DNA of 64,000 nucleotides from the human T2T-CHM13v2.0 reference genome, Homo sapiens: the NCBI RefSeq assembly GCF_009914755.1, contig NC_060931.1. One strand, written 5' to 3'. Position 1 is the first letter of the stretch, and every line of letters begins with the position of its first letter. Both the position numbers and the translations under genes were made by a program. Shown here piece by piece: positions 11,572 to 25,959 of this stretch. A model generated the notes under the pieces. That model did no database searches. It saw nothing but the letters and a program-made list of their open reading frames with translations, and was not told where the DNA came from.

Positions 11572-12809
11572 GAAGAGAAGATTTAGATATATGTCTGTCT
11601 GTCCATCCATCTCCCTACCCTTCATCTAACTGTCCATTCAGGACATTTCTTCACAGCTAAACTCTACCTCAGTTTTTAATCTTTAAGTCCAGAGCTCAGT
11701 CCATTGATTTACTGTATTCATCAGATTTTAATGGATGCTTATAGTTTTGTTCTCAAAGAAAATTAAAAATATTACTTCTAGTGTGGTGTGCTGTTCTCAC
11801 TGCAGAGTACTGTTTGTTTTGTTTTTAATTTACATATATTTACTAGGAAGTGCCCACACTGATAAAACAGTCAGTAGTAATCAAGAAATGTGACTTTCTT
11901 GCACTATTATTTAACTAAAGGAAAGCAGAATTATAGAAAAGAATGTTAGGAATGTTATCTTCATGAGTCAGGGCTTTTGCAATGCTAGGCCTTCTCACTT
12001 TCAATTTCTCTCTTGCAAGGTTAAAAGAATTATTCTTGTGTTAACTCACAATTACTGCATTTGATCATCCTTTCTCACTTATGACATAGCTTCTATGACT
12101 TATGGAACATTGGATTTGCTATAGTAGACCAGTCTGAATCTGTCTCTACATGGAATGACCAGATTGAATTGGCACCAAAGTTCCACTACAAATCCTTCAT
12201 CCAGTCTTCCAGTTTGAATTGGAAATATCAATTCAAGCAGCTCACAAGTCATCAAATGTTTCAGTGGTTTTGTATAGCCAGAACAGGCAGAAGAATATGT
12301 TCCTGTATAGACAGTTCATTGAAACAGTTTATTCTGTATTATACCTAGGTGAGTTTTGAAAAGTCAGATTTTTTTTTTAAGGTAAACTCTGATCTCATTT
12401 ATTTAGAAGTCAGACATGTTCCAAGAACCTAGAGGAAAGCAAAGTGAAACCTCCCTCCTCCCCACTGCCCCAACATTCAAAATAGCTATTATAAAGCCAT
12501 TTTTTATTTCATTAGGAAAACTTTTAGGACCTTTTATTTTGAGTCAGTGTTTCTATTTTATATATAGTTTTAATAACTTTTGTTATTTTAATCCAGATTA
12601 AAGATAGCAATTTAGAGATGGGTAGAGCAGGTCATTAGAAATGATACGGGTATCCTACCTGGAACAGAGTGAAGAAATTTTAGTCTTGGGACATTTAGGG
12701 TGGTGGCAAATAACTCTGCAGTGTAACAGCGCTTGAATACAATGATGACTTGTAAGGGTATCAACATTATGGGAAGACAGTGTTAGAAATTACAGATTTG
12801 TGAAAGAAT

Positions 12810-12975
12810 TTTTTTTGTTTTCATTTTCTGAGAAATAGATATGGGGTGCACAGTGATGTTATGTATGAAGTGTGGGATGATTGAATTAGCTCATTAACAT
12901 ATTCATCACCTTAAGTACTTAGCATTTATTCTTCCTGTCTAACTGCAACTACCAACCCTTCCTCATCTCCCAACA
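12810..12975 (-). mobile_element. L1MA/MB 3' end fragment
   Basis: ATTAACATATTCATCACCT..TTTATTCTTCCTGTCTAACTG. Confidence 0.65.
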
Positions 12976-13189
12976 ATTATGTTTTATATACTCTGTTAAA
13001 GAAGTCAGAGAATATATTGGGAAAACACTGAAGTGGTTCCAATTTTAACATTGTGTTTGAGAGCAAATGTTTGTTAAGTTTTGGCTAATTAGGTCACCTC
13101 ATTGGTTGATTATGCTGTGTAACTGAGGGATTTCTACACACGGTTTATTTGTTAAAAACTTAATGTGTATAAGAAGTGATGTGAGGATT

Positions 13190-14340
<1,151 letters not shown>

Positions 14341-14384
14341 TAATTGTAAAACACACTTAAGTGATACACTTTTTCCCAGGAGAG

Positions 14385-14635
14385 AGCTGATAACGGTCTT
14401 TAAGAGCTTGGACCCTGAAGATGCGTAGTGTGGTCTTGAATTCCTGCTCTGGTGCTGAGCAGCTGTATGCCTTTAACTTCTCTGTCACTGCTGCCTCCTC
14501 ATTGAAATGAGGCTAGCAGTGGGACCTGTCTCGTGGGATCGCTGGAGGGTCAGATAAGTTAGCATATCTGAGGCTCCCAGGATAGTGTCTGGTGTGGAAG
14601 CATGTGTATGTTTTAGCTGCTGTTATTATCATTAG
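14385..14635 (+). mobile_element. MIR
   Basis: Near full-length MIR layout with core and ATT tail. Confidence 0.75.
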
Positions 14636-15713
14636 TTTCAATTCCCTGGCAATAGCACTGTTTGGAGTCTCACTGTGTATTATTTAACAGATTCTGAATA
14701 AAGCCATTTTATCTTCTTTTTATTCTTTATAGATGATAAATAATGTTCCTACAACTCGAGGTATCACGCTGTGTTTTTAACTTTTTTTTTTTTTAGCATT
14801 ACTGAAAGAAGTTGTATGTACTTTATCTTATTTTGCTCCCTAATTATAAAATACAGGGAAAATCATATTCTTTTGCATGAACAAATGAGCTATTTGAAAC
14901 AGGTTGCTTGGTGAAAGTGAAAATTTAAAACAGGATTCAGGTCAAGTATAATATATTGGTTTACACTTAACAGAGTTCATAGTGATTTTTATATGTCTCC
15001 TTTCTTTTTGATGAAGAATGTCTGTGTTCCGACTACTTTACTTCTCCGTTCATTTTCATTTGTTACATTCTGAAAGCATAAAACGTGCCATTGGTTAATC
15101 AATTTAGTCTAGTGGAGGTACACAAATTCAAGGTAAATTTGGCTAATTTCTCCTGCAGGCTAGAAGATAAAATCCTTTCCCCCCACCACAGTTAGGTTAG
15201 TAGTGCTTGACGTGATCAGATGCCTCTTCAGAGGTCACCTGATTTAATTGTGGTTGTGAAGCAGCCAATCCAAATCCCCATATTTTAATTTCTATCCCTC
15301 CACATTCTCGGCACAGAATAATTAAGAGTATAGTTTTTGCTTATGTCATTTATCCAGTGAAAAATGTTCCTAATAAATACGTGACAGTTAAAATTGTTCT
15401 AGAGAAGAATGTTTATTAACAGACAAGACAGTGCTTATTGCCACAGCATCATTTTAATCTAAGACTTAACTAAAAAGAGAAACTCTTTTTAGTTAGAAGA
15501 ATGCTCCAACAAGGCTGTTACCACTCAGCGAAGGCAATGGTTACTCTTTTATTTTTTAAATTGGTTTGCCCCTAAGGTAGGCATTCCCAGGGCTAAAACT
15601 GTGAAATAAAATGTACGCAAGGGGACTGGTGCTTATAGATTTGTGTGTATAAATGTAGTATTTGTGGGAAATGTCAAGCTATGTACTCTTCTTTACCTTT
15701 TATTTTCTCCTAG

Positions 15714-15813
15714 ATGATGTTTATCAGTCTTTTTGTAGCTGTCTGCTGCAGACATCATTGCGTCTTTATTATGAAAGTGCTATGTGTAGCTTTCCAGTCA
15801 TTGCTATTCGAGA
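15714..15813 (+). other. Candidate cassette/cryptic exon (100 nt)
   Basis: Long polypyrimidine tract ..TTTTATTTTCTCCTAG and donor AGA|GTGAGT in non-repeat DNA. Confidence 0.35.
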
Positions 15814-16679
15814 GTGAGTTTGTGAAGCAGCAGGAGAGAGATGATTTTGCAAATTGCAATATAATACCATATATGATCTTGTCTCAACCTGTAACACACA
15901 CATCTTCACAGAAATAACATTTAATTATGGTAATATCCTCCCTGATATCAGACACAGTATGGCGCCTGTTAAGATTATATTGTTTGTAGTAAGATGGAGT
16001 AAAAGAGGTTTAAAAATGAAAGAATAAAATCACATACCTTGATAAACCCCTTAGATGCTATTTAGGCCATGGAGAGCTTTTGATTTTGTTTCCTTTCTTT
16101 CTTCCCAAAATAAAAACGCACACAATAATTTGACAGACAAACACTGTCACACACTGTAACCCCATCTAATCCCCTCACTGCACATCTTAATCCCTGATGG
16201 ACTTTTCTCAGCTATGTGGGCTATGAGGTTAGGGAGTTTCTGGATGTGATACTTTTTCCAAAGTTTCCCAGTGACAGATGCAGTGACCTTATCACGGAGA
16301 CAGCTTTATGCAGTTTGACAGTTCAGCCATCTGGCTTGTATCGATTATAATTGATTTAAAGAAACTAACACTCCAAAAGTTGGCCACTTAAAACCCTAAG
16401 GCTAAATTGGTCTACATTTAATTTGAAGTTTCAAAACTTTATTCTTAAAACTAATTTGGGCCTCTTTGTAAAATTCAGCCAACTTCTTTTCTGTGTGGGG
16501 TTTTGGGGTGAAAACACTCAAAGCCTGCCTTGAAAAAAGTCAACTTTTATGAGAACTAAAGACGACATGTGTACTCATAGACATAGATTTTATCTCTTCT
16601 TAGATTTTGCTAGAGTTTAAAACTTAGGTAGACTTCGGTTCTAGGACTTCAAAAAGTTTAGAAACTTTTAGGCTAGTTT

Positions 16680-16872
16680 CTTTATTTACCAGCCTTCTAG
16701 ACGTGAGCTCATTACCTGACCTTTTAGAGTCTTGGTTTTCTCATCTATAAAATGAATGATGATAGTAGCTTTCTCATTGCATTTTTGGGAGTATTAAATG
16801 ATACATGTTAAGTGCTTAACACATTGCCTAGTATATTGTGGGTAATAAAGATTTATTTTACTAATGATTACT
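16680..16872 (+). mobile_element. MIR
   Basis: GGTTTTCTCATCTATAAAATGAATGATGATAG..AAGTGCTTAACACATTGCCTAGTATAT. Confidence 0.8.
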
Positions 16873-18489
16873 GCTACAAATTAGTAGCTACCATTGATAG
16901 CTATTACTTCTTCCTTTCTTGGTTTTCCATCTGTCGGCTTCCTCTTGTTTTCCTCCAATATCACAGACACAGTTGCTTAGTCTTGTATGTGTTTCTTCAG
17001 CTCTCTGCATATTTGTTACCGGAATGTCTCAGAATGTTGCCTGTAGGCCTCATCTTTTTTTTTTTTTTCCCCTTTACTCCCTCCATATACATTCTCATCC
17101 ACAATCAAGACTTCAGCATGTTCTTGTATGCTGATGAGTTCCACATGGTCATTTCCAACTGAAGTCTCTTTTTTGGGCTCATCTGAAAGGCATTTCTTAT
17201 CCTGCTACATGACACTTTAGGGGACCCAGTGGGCATAAGGGCAAGTAAGCATCAATTTGGGAATGAATACTATTGATCTGGCACTAACTTTTATTGGTTG
17301 ATTGGTAAGAATTTGCAGAAATCTAAAGTTTAATTAAAATTTTGTTTTATACTTTGTGTTTTAAAATCTGATGTTGCATATCACACTGTAATACAAATGC
17401 ATTCAGTAAAGTGTGCCCTTTCTACAACTCTTGATTTTAATGTAGTTACTGGAATTATTTGTTTGGAAAAACCTGGCTTTCTGAATAGCTGAAATTTTAC
17501 GCATTTCAGCAATAATGGTGTCCTTAAGATCGACATCTTTCCGGATTCATTTTTTGTATTGATTTAATTCAACAATCATTTGTGCAACAGTAACTTGCTT
17601 ACAATGCCTTCTCAGGCACTAACTTGCTATATTAAAATAGAATTTATTAACTGACCATTCCTTAATGACTTAGCCATTTTTTGTGTGTTTTTTTTAATTG
17701 TCAGATGTATGCCACATAAAGAAAAGTATTAAAAATGTGTAGTATGGTGTAAAGAATAGCAAAGTTGAGCTCCAAACTACCCAACTTCAGGTTAACAACA
17801 TTGCCAGTGTCTTAGAAGCCCCATGTGTTCCTCTCTCATTGTTTCCGTCTCTCTCAGCCTCAGAGGTAAACACGTCAGGTTTGCTAGCTCTTCTTTATGG
17901 ACTAACCACCCCATTGTTGTTTTGCATAAAGCAGTGTATTGTTGTTTTAAAAATGGAGTAACTTGTATACCCATCGCTGTGTAAGGGCACGGCAGTGTTG
18001 CCACTGCAGGCTACTATAAGAAGAGAAACGGAGCTGAGTCTGGGTCATAGCCGGGCCTGTTTTTCCCTGGAGTTTACCAAAGCCCCTTCTGTGGAAGTTA
18101 GTGGCCAAGGGCAAGAATGGGTCCTGGGAAACACAGGGCTTAGCATAGTCCGAACAACTAACAGGGCTGTTTTGAGGGTCATGTGTCACATGTCTGACAG
18201 AAGTATGTTTGTAAGTTCACTATGAGTAGATCAAAGTGGGCCATTATAGGGTGAAAGGAATGTCCTCAGCTGATAGTGACATCAAGGCAGGGCTGGGAAT
18301 TGACGGAGATAGAGTGGGAACTCCATTAACAGGTGATTAGGACAAGTAGCCATAGGAGTCCTGGTCAGGCTCACTGGGGTGTCTTGTCTTCAGGTTAAAA
18401 AGGTGGTTGGGTGGGTGAGTGGGGTTTAGGGGGGGTCTGGTGACAGCCCTCAACTTGTCTATCGAGTCACATTGCCGAAATGTGGGCCT

Positions 18490-19620
18490 ATTCTCTCTAT
18501 ATCTGTTGTTTAGCTCTGATCCTGTGATCACATTTCTCTGTGTTTTGAGGATTCCATTTGCTTCTTATTTGTACTGAGTCTCCTTTCTTATATCCCCTAT
18601 TTTCTCCTTCTTGGACTACTCTTGTGTTAGTGGAACATGTCATCTGGTATCTTAAAACGTCATGAGAAATGCATTCTTTGAGATCTTGTAAATTCAAAAA
18701 TGTAGACATTTTTTCTACCCTCTTTCTTAGATTTACTGGGTAGAGAATTCTTGGTGGGAAATAATTTTCCTCACTTATTTGAAAGTATTGCTCCATTGAC
18801 TTCTTGCTTCCAGTGTTGCTGTTGAGAAGTTAAGAGTCATTCTGCTTTCTCATTATTCTTATGTGATCTTGCTGTTTTTCTCTGATTATTTGTAAGAATT
18901 TCTGTTTTCTCCAGTGTTTTGAAATTTCACAATGATACAGCTAATTGTAGATCTCATTTTCCTTTGTGCTCGGTACTCAGTGGATTCTTTAAACTTGGAA
19001 ACAAATTTCTTTTATTTCTAAGAAGGCTTCTAGAGTCATTTCATTAATGACTTCATCCTTTAATTTTTTCCTCTCCTTTCTTTCTAAGACTCCTGTTTGG
19101 AAGTTTTGCCTCCTATACTAGTCCTCTGTTTTTCATGTTTTTTTTCATTTTTTATTTTTTGACATTTTACTTTCTGGGAGATTTCATTTTCCAACTGATA
19201 TTATTTTCTTCTATCATGTTAATTATTAAGAATTCTTTTTCTTCTTGCAGCATCCTATTCTTATTTAATAGATGAAGCATTTTTTAATATCTGATAATTT
19301 TAATGATAGATTTTTTGAAGTTTTCTCTGCATACTTTCTTCTTTATTACTGTTTTGATTTCTAACTTCTCTGTTAAAGGCTTTTCTTAGATGACTGTTCA
19401 TTGTATATGTGCTTATAATGCAAAGTGGCAGACTAAAACATTGAAAGTCTTGAGCATGCAGATTAAAGATCTGGGCATATTATTTCATTGCAGGGTGATC
19501 TGCTTGAGCTCTTTTCTTGGGGTAACTTTTGTCAGTATCTTTTCTTAGTATCTTTAGAGAATTCCTCTTGGACTGATTAGATTCCTTAGGGAAGACTCCT
19601 TCAGTTTTCTGCTTGGCTAT
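18490..19620 (-). mobile_element. L1M/HAL1-like ORF1 remnant
   Basis: ORF 18497-18796 reads FQISEENYFPPRILYPVNL, homologous to the ORF1p FQPRISYPAKL motif. Confidence 0.75.
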
Positions 19621-20547
19621 TAACTGTTTTTACTATTCTTCCCTCTGTTTTCTCCAACTTGCTCTTTCCAACTTGCTATGGGCTAGGGAATCAGGAAAAA
19701 GAAAAAAAAAAACTGATCAGGACAGTTTCAAAGTAGAACAGTTAGGTTCCGAGTGACAGCCTAAGGGATTGGCCTGTGCGTAAAATGCTTTAATGTGTGG
19801 AATTTATGACATTGATTTTGATGACCCAGGAGCATGTTTTTATTTCGTGCTCCTGATTATATTGTGGAAAGGTGATTTAGTCATACAACAGAATTCTAAG
19901 TAGATGAAGTATTAATGCAAACTGTTATAGAGTATTTGTTTTTCTTAATCCATTTCATTTGATCCACTGTGTGTACTTTTCCAGTTGATTATAAATTGAT
20001 TTGTTCATTAATTTGTTCTAGTTACTGGTCCATAATTATCATAATGTTTTTATTTTTTGTTGAAGTATGTGCAGTATTTTGGACTTTTTCCAGTTATGAT
20101 GGACTATCAGTATGTTCTCACAAGTAATGGGACACTGTATTTTACAAATATTTATTACTCTTGATGTTCTCTAAGATTCTGTATTATGAGCTCTTGTTGA
20201 TTTACAGACATTTGGAAATGTAACTATTTGATTCTTATTCTTGGTTAATGTTTTATCCTCCTAGACCAAAGGTGTTTATTCTTTAGAACTTTATATGTTT
20301 GTTTTAACAGCTGGATTTCTAGTGATAGGCAAACTTTTAACAAAAATTCCAATTACATATAAGCTTACTGCCATTTGATTTCTATAATTAAAAATATTAA
20401 TATTATTAGTGGGGTTTAGTCAGTCACTATATTAGACAAACGTGTGAGTTAGAAATTCAGGTGTACACAAGGATTATTAATTGGGGCTTCTTCAAAGAAT
20501 TTTGACATTAGTAAAATTTTTCTTTTTTTTCAAAATGTTTCAAAGAT

Positions 20548-20871
<324 letters not shown>

Positions 20872-21720
20872 AGGATGATTTATTTTTAATAACACCCCTA
20901 ATGTATTTAAAGCATGATTGCACATACAAAATTTGGATTTACATACATTTTCAGAACTACCCGTTTTGTGTAAGTATACACTTATATTTTTTAATTTTAA
21001 AAATATTAAAATTTTGACAATTTTATGTGTTATTGGGGTACCGTTTGGTATTTTGCTATGTGTTTACAATGTGGAATGAGTATATCAGGCTAATTAACAA
21101 CACATTTCTTACACGTGAGAGGGCTGTTTTTTAGAAATCAGCTTCAGCTTTTGATTTTCTGAATGACCTTGAGCAAATTGTTTTCTTGTTCTGTAACATA
21201 CTTTTCTTGGCCATAAAATTGAGATGAAGATGTTAATGCTGATCTAACCAAATGATTTTGATATTATAGGGATTAATGAACTGTTTGTAAAATATTTTGT
21301 TGTTCTTGGAATTACTTACACTGGTGATGTTATTAATATTATGTACTATGTTCACAGTGGACTAATGATGCCATTGTATTAGCTAATGTTTTAGATTACT
21401 TTTAATTAAAATTGTATGGAGACATTGGTGTGCTTGCTGCAATCTTGTCCTCCTCTGCAAATGGCAAGGGAGTATTATCACAAAATATTTAAATTATACA
21501 TAAATTCAAGGTTTTTAAGAATTTGTCAACTCCCTGGAAGAAGAAGAAGTAAGAAATTACTCATTAAGACTCAGGAATCTCAGCATCCCTATTTGGAAGA
21601 ATTGGATTATTTGGCTTATTTATAAATTTCAAAATGATACATTTTCAGCTAATGATGATTGAATCTTGTCAGACACCTTACACAACTGTGAACATTCCAC
21701 AAGTTAAGAAAACAACTTCA

Positions 21721-22019
21721 GGTGGGGTGTGGTGGCTCATGCCCATAATCTCAACAAGTTTTGAGGCCAAGCAGGAGGATTGCTTGAGCCCAGGAGTTTG
21801 AGACCAGCCGGGCAATATAGTGAGAACCTTCCTCTATAAAAAGTTAAAAAATTAGCCAGTTGTGATGGTGTTACTTATAGTCCTAGCTACTCAGTAGGCT
21901 GAGGTGGGAGGAACACTAGAGACCAGGGGTTTGAGGCTGCAGTACGCTATGACCATGCCACTGCACTCCAGCCTGGGTGATAGAGCCAGACCTTCATATC
22001 TTAAAAAAACAAAACAAAA
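21721..22019 (+). mobile_element. AluJo-like
   Basis: GAGGATTGCTTGAGCCCAGG, GAGGCTGCAG. Confidence 0.93.
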
Positions 22020-22192
22020 TGCATTTATAGTACCATTAATAAGAATGATATACTTAAGAGTAAACTTTAAAAAGTTCAAGACTAGTACACTGAAAATTTT
22101 AAAATATTGTTAAATCGAAGATGTAAGTAAATGGAAAGGCGTGATGTGTTTATGGATTGGAAGACTTAATAATGTTAAAATATGTAGATAAA

Positions 22193-22564
<372 letters not shown>

Positions 22565-22585
22565 TCATATCAAAATCCCAGCTGG

Positions 22586-22592
22586 ATGCTGC

Positions 22593-22623
<31 letters not shown>

Positions 22624-22630
22624 GTTGTTG
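22586..22630. repeat. (GCT/GTT)n trinucleotide repeat
   Basis: Directly visible. Confidence 0.95.
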
Positions 22631-23599
22631 CAGAATTTGACCAGCTGATCTTAAAACCACACAGTGATAATACAAGGGACCCAGAATGGCCAAACAGTAT
22701 TGAAAAAGAAGATCAAAGTTGGAGGACTCATATTTTCCAATTTCAAACTTACTTTAAAGCTACTATAATCAAGATGCTGTGGTACTGGCATAAAGAAAGA
22801 CATATATATTGGTGGAATAGAATTGAGAATCTAGAAATCTTTACATTTAATAGTCAATTGATTTTCCAGAAGAATGCTATTAAGACGGTTAAACTGGGTA
22901 AGAATAGTCTTGTCAGCAAATTGTGCTGGGACAACTGGATATCTACAAGAAAAGAATGTTTAGATCCCTACCTCACAGCATATGCAGAAATTAACTCAAA
23001 GTGCATTATAGCTAAAACTATGAAACTCTCAGAGGAAAACATTGGAGTAAATCTTCATTACCTTGGGTTAGGCAGTTGTTTCTTAGACATTACACTAAAA
23101 GCACAAACAACAGAAGGAAAAAAAAAAAACCATACTTGGCTGGTGGGGGATGTAAAATGGTGCAACCACTTTGGAAAACAGCCTGGCAGTTCCTGAAAAT
23201 GTTAAAATACAATTAATATATGACCTAGCAATTCTACTCCTAGTTATGTACCCAAGAAAAATGAAAACATAAATCCCTGCAAAAACTAGTTTCCAAATGT
23301 AATGGAGATAGGCAGTCAGTAAACAAAATATATAAAATGCCCAGTGGTGATACAACTCCTGATGTTTCATTTCATTCTTTTTCTATATGGTAAGCCCCCT
23401 TGACTATTAGAAAAATTGTACTTAAAAAATATAGCTTGTACATACTTTGTCAGAATAAAGTAGGAATGTTACTTTTTTCATAATCTCTTTTAGGTCAATT
23501 GAATATTTTAAAATATATCTGTTTTTGTTTTGCTAATTAAACCTATTTTTTTTTGATCTAGGGTTTACAATACACATCTGTAATTTATTGTTCAACTGA

Positions 23600-23886
23600 C
23601 TGAGACTGGGTTTCACTCTGTCACCCAGTTTAGAGTGCAGTTGCATGATGAGAGGTAACTGCAGCCTCAAACCCCTTGGCTCAAGGAATCCAATCCTCCT
23701 GCCTCTGCCTCCCAAGTAGCTAGGACTACAGGTGCATGCCACATCTGGCCAGTTTTTGAAATCTTTTTGCAGGGATGGGGTCTCACTCTGTTGCTTCAGC
23801 TGGTCTCAAACTCCTAGGCTCAAGCAAACCTCCCACCTAGGCCTCCCATAGTGCTATGGTGATAGGCATGAGCCACTGCACTTGGC
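23600..23886 (-). mobile_element. AluJ (tail eroded)
   Basis: CTGCAGCCTCAAACCCC, GGCTCAAG, TGAGCCACTGCACTTGGC. Confidence 0.9.
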
Positions 23887-23944
23887 TTATTGTTTATCTT
23901 AATATATCTCTTCACATAAAATATAGTATGCTTAAAATAGTATA

Positions 23945-24226
23945 TAGTTGGCCCTTGAAAACATGGGTTTGAATTGCATGGGTCCACTTGTATGCTGATT
24001 TTTTTCAATAAATAAACTCGGCCCTCTATGTCTGTGAATTCTGCATCCACAACCAAAAGTGGCTCAAAAATACAGTATTCCTGGGATGCAAAACCTGTAG
24101 ATGTGGAGAACTGACCTTTTGAGTATGCACATTCTGCAGGGACAACTGCAGGACTTGAGTATGCTTGGATTTAGTAGCCATGGGAGGTCCTGGAACCAAT
24201 CCCCTTTGAATACCAAGGGAAGACTG
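23945..24226 (-). mobile_element. Tigger MITE (MER8/MER2B-like)
   Basis: TAGTTGGCCCTTGAA..GGTCCTGGAACCAATCCCC..CCAAGGGAAGACTG. Confidence 0.8.
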
Positions 24227-25959
24227 TTGCTTTTATTTCTTCCTTCCTGCCCCTTGTGCAATTACTGTTATGCATTTTATATTTATTTTTATGTTTGTTA
24301 TAAGCTCTACAATACATTTTTATTTTTGCTTTTTACTGTCAGTTTTCTCTTAAATTTAAAAATAAGAAAAAAATTCATTTGTAGACACCCACATTTACCA
24401 TTCATCATATTCTTTATTTCTTTTTGTAGATGCAAGTTTTCATCTGACAACACTTTCTCTTTGCCAAAAGAACTTCTTGTAGCTTTTCTTGCAGTTCACA
24501 TCTTCTGACAACTAGTTCTCTCAGATTTTGTTTGCTTGAAAAAAATTTTGGTACTATTTTTGAATGACATTTTCATTGTATGTAGGATTCCAGGATGATA
24601 GTTTTATTTATTTTTTCCTGAACTTTGAAGATGTTCTTCTATTGTCTTCTGGCTTATATTGTGTCTGATGAAAAGTCAGTAATCACTCTTACCTATTCCC
24701 TGTGTAAGTTGTATTTTTTCCCTTTGTTTGCTTCTATTTATCACTAGTTATCAGGAATTTTCTTTGTTATTATTCTCTTTTGGGTTTCGTCTTTTAAATA
24801 TATGGTTTCATGCTTTCATAAAATATAATTTGCCAAATTTTTAACATTGTATTTTCAAATGCTTTACTCTCTTGACTCTGATGACTCTGATGTACTTTGA
24901 TGACATGCATATTATATTATCATATTATATTGTTTGCTGTTTTCCCTTTTTACTGAGAGTGTTTATTTCTTACAGTCTTCCTCCCCCTGCTCCCCAACCT
25001 TCAGTTTATGTAGCTGCTCTTGTGTTGTATTCAGATTCACTGATCTTTTCTTCTCCTATGTTTATATGCATTTAACTATATCCAGGGAGTATTCCAGTTC
25101 AGGTGTTGTATTTTTCAACTCCAGATGTTTGATTTTTTCCTATACTTTATTTAAATACATTACATGTCTTGTTTTTTTTTTTAAATAAACACACACATTT
25201 ATTCATTTGAATTCCTTCCTTATTAATTCCATCATCTCTATCATTGCTATATCTGTTTATATAGTCTAATTTTTCTCTTGGTTAAGGGCTGCATTTTCCT
25301 TTAGAGGGTATTTGTTTTTATTTTTGTGGGAAGCTACCTTACAAGTATGTCAACTTACTCTCTTCAAGCCGGGGTTTTGAGTTTTGTTTGGTGGGTGAAC
25401 TGTGTATTATCATACGGTTTGTTTAGCCCTAATCCCGGTACCTGGTCTTCTAGGGTGTCTGCTGAATGCCCTAGGTGTTTACTGAAGTTCCAGTGGGACT
25501 CTAATGTCTTCAACACTGTGTGTACTTCAGCATTTACCCAGCTTAGTTCTCTCTAGTAGTTGTCGTTTTTTGTGTTGTCTCTTGAAATCTCACCCTACAC
25601 ATGTGCAGCGTAGTATTCAGACAACAACCAAGGGGACCTGTATGCGGATTTCTGGACCTCTTTCTTTGTAGAACTCCTTCTGTTTTTGTATTCTCCCTTC
25701 AAATTGCTCTGATCTCTGTGTTGTCATGTAACAAGACCATTGTGCTTTTTTGGGGTAGCCAGTACCTACAGCATGGTGCAGTAAATGCTCGGAATAATAG
25801 TCTAGTGTCAGGAAACCATTGTTTCCCATATTCTGCTTTCTGGTTGTTGACTGCAGGAAGGACTGATCTAGTGCTAGTTACTCCACAGTGGCTGACAGTC
25901 CCCTCTGTATGATTATTTAACCTGTTATTTTATAGTCCATTAATGCAGAAATGTTTCCA

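Larger units (their letters stand above)
23420..25900 (-). mobile_element. Old L1M ORF1/inter-ORF/5' region, interrupted by AluJ and a Tigger MITE
   Basis: TTCTATTGTCTTCTGGCTT..TCTGATGAAAAGTCAG (antisense ORF1) and related motifs. Confidence 0.7.

Noticed and set aside
14733-14760. 28-nt exon candidate after TTCTTTATAG
   Set aside because: Donor GAG|GTATCA is weak; no other support
17472-17548. Protein-like minus-strand peptide IRKDVDLKDTIIAEMRKISAIQKA
   Set aside because: Preceded by in-frame TGA, no acceptor, no credible donor
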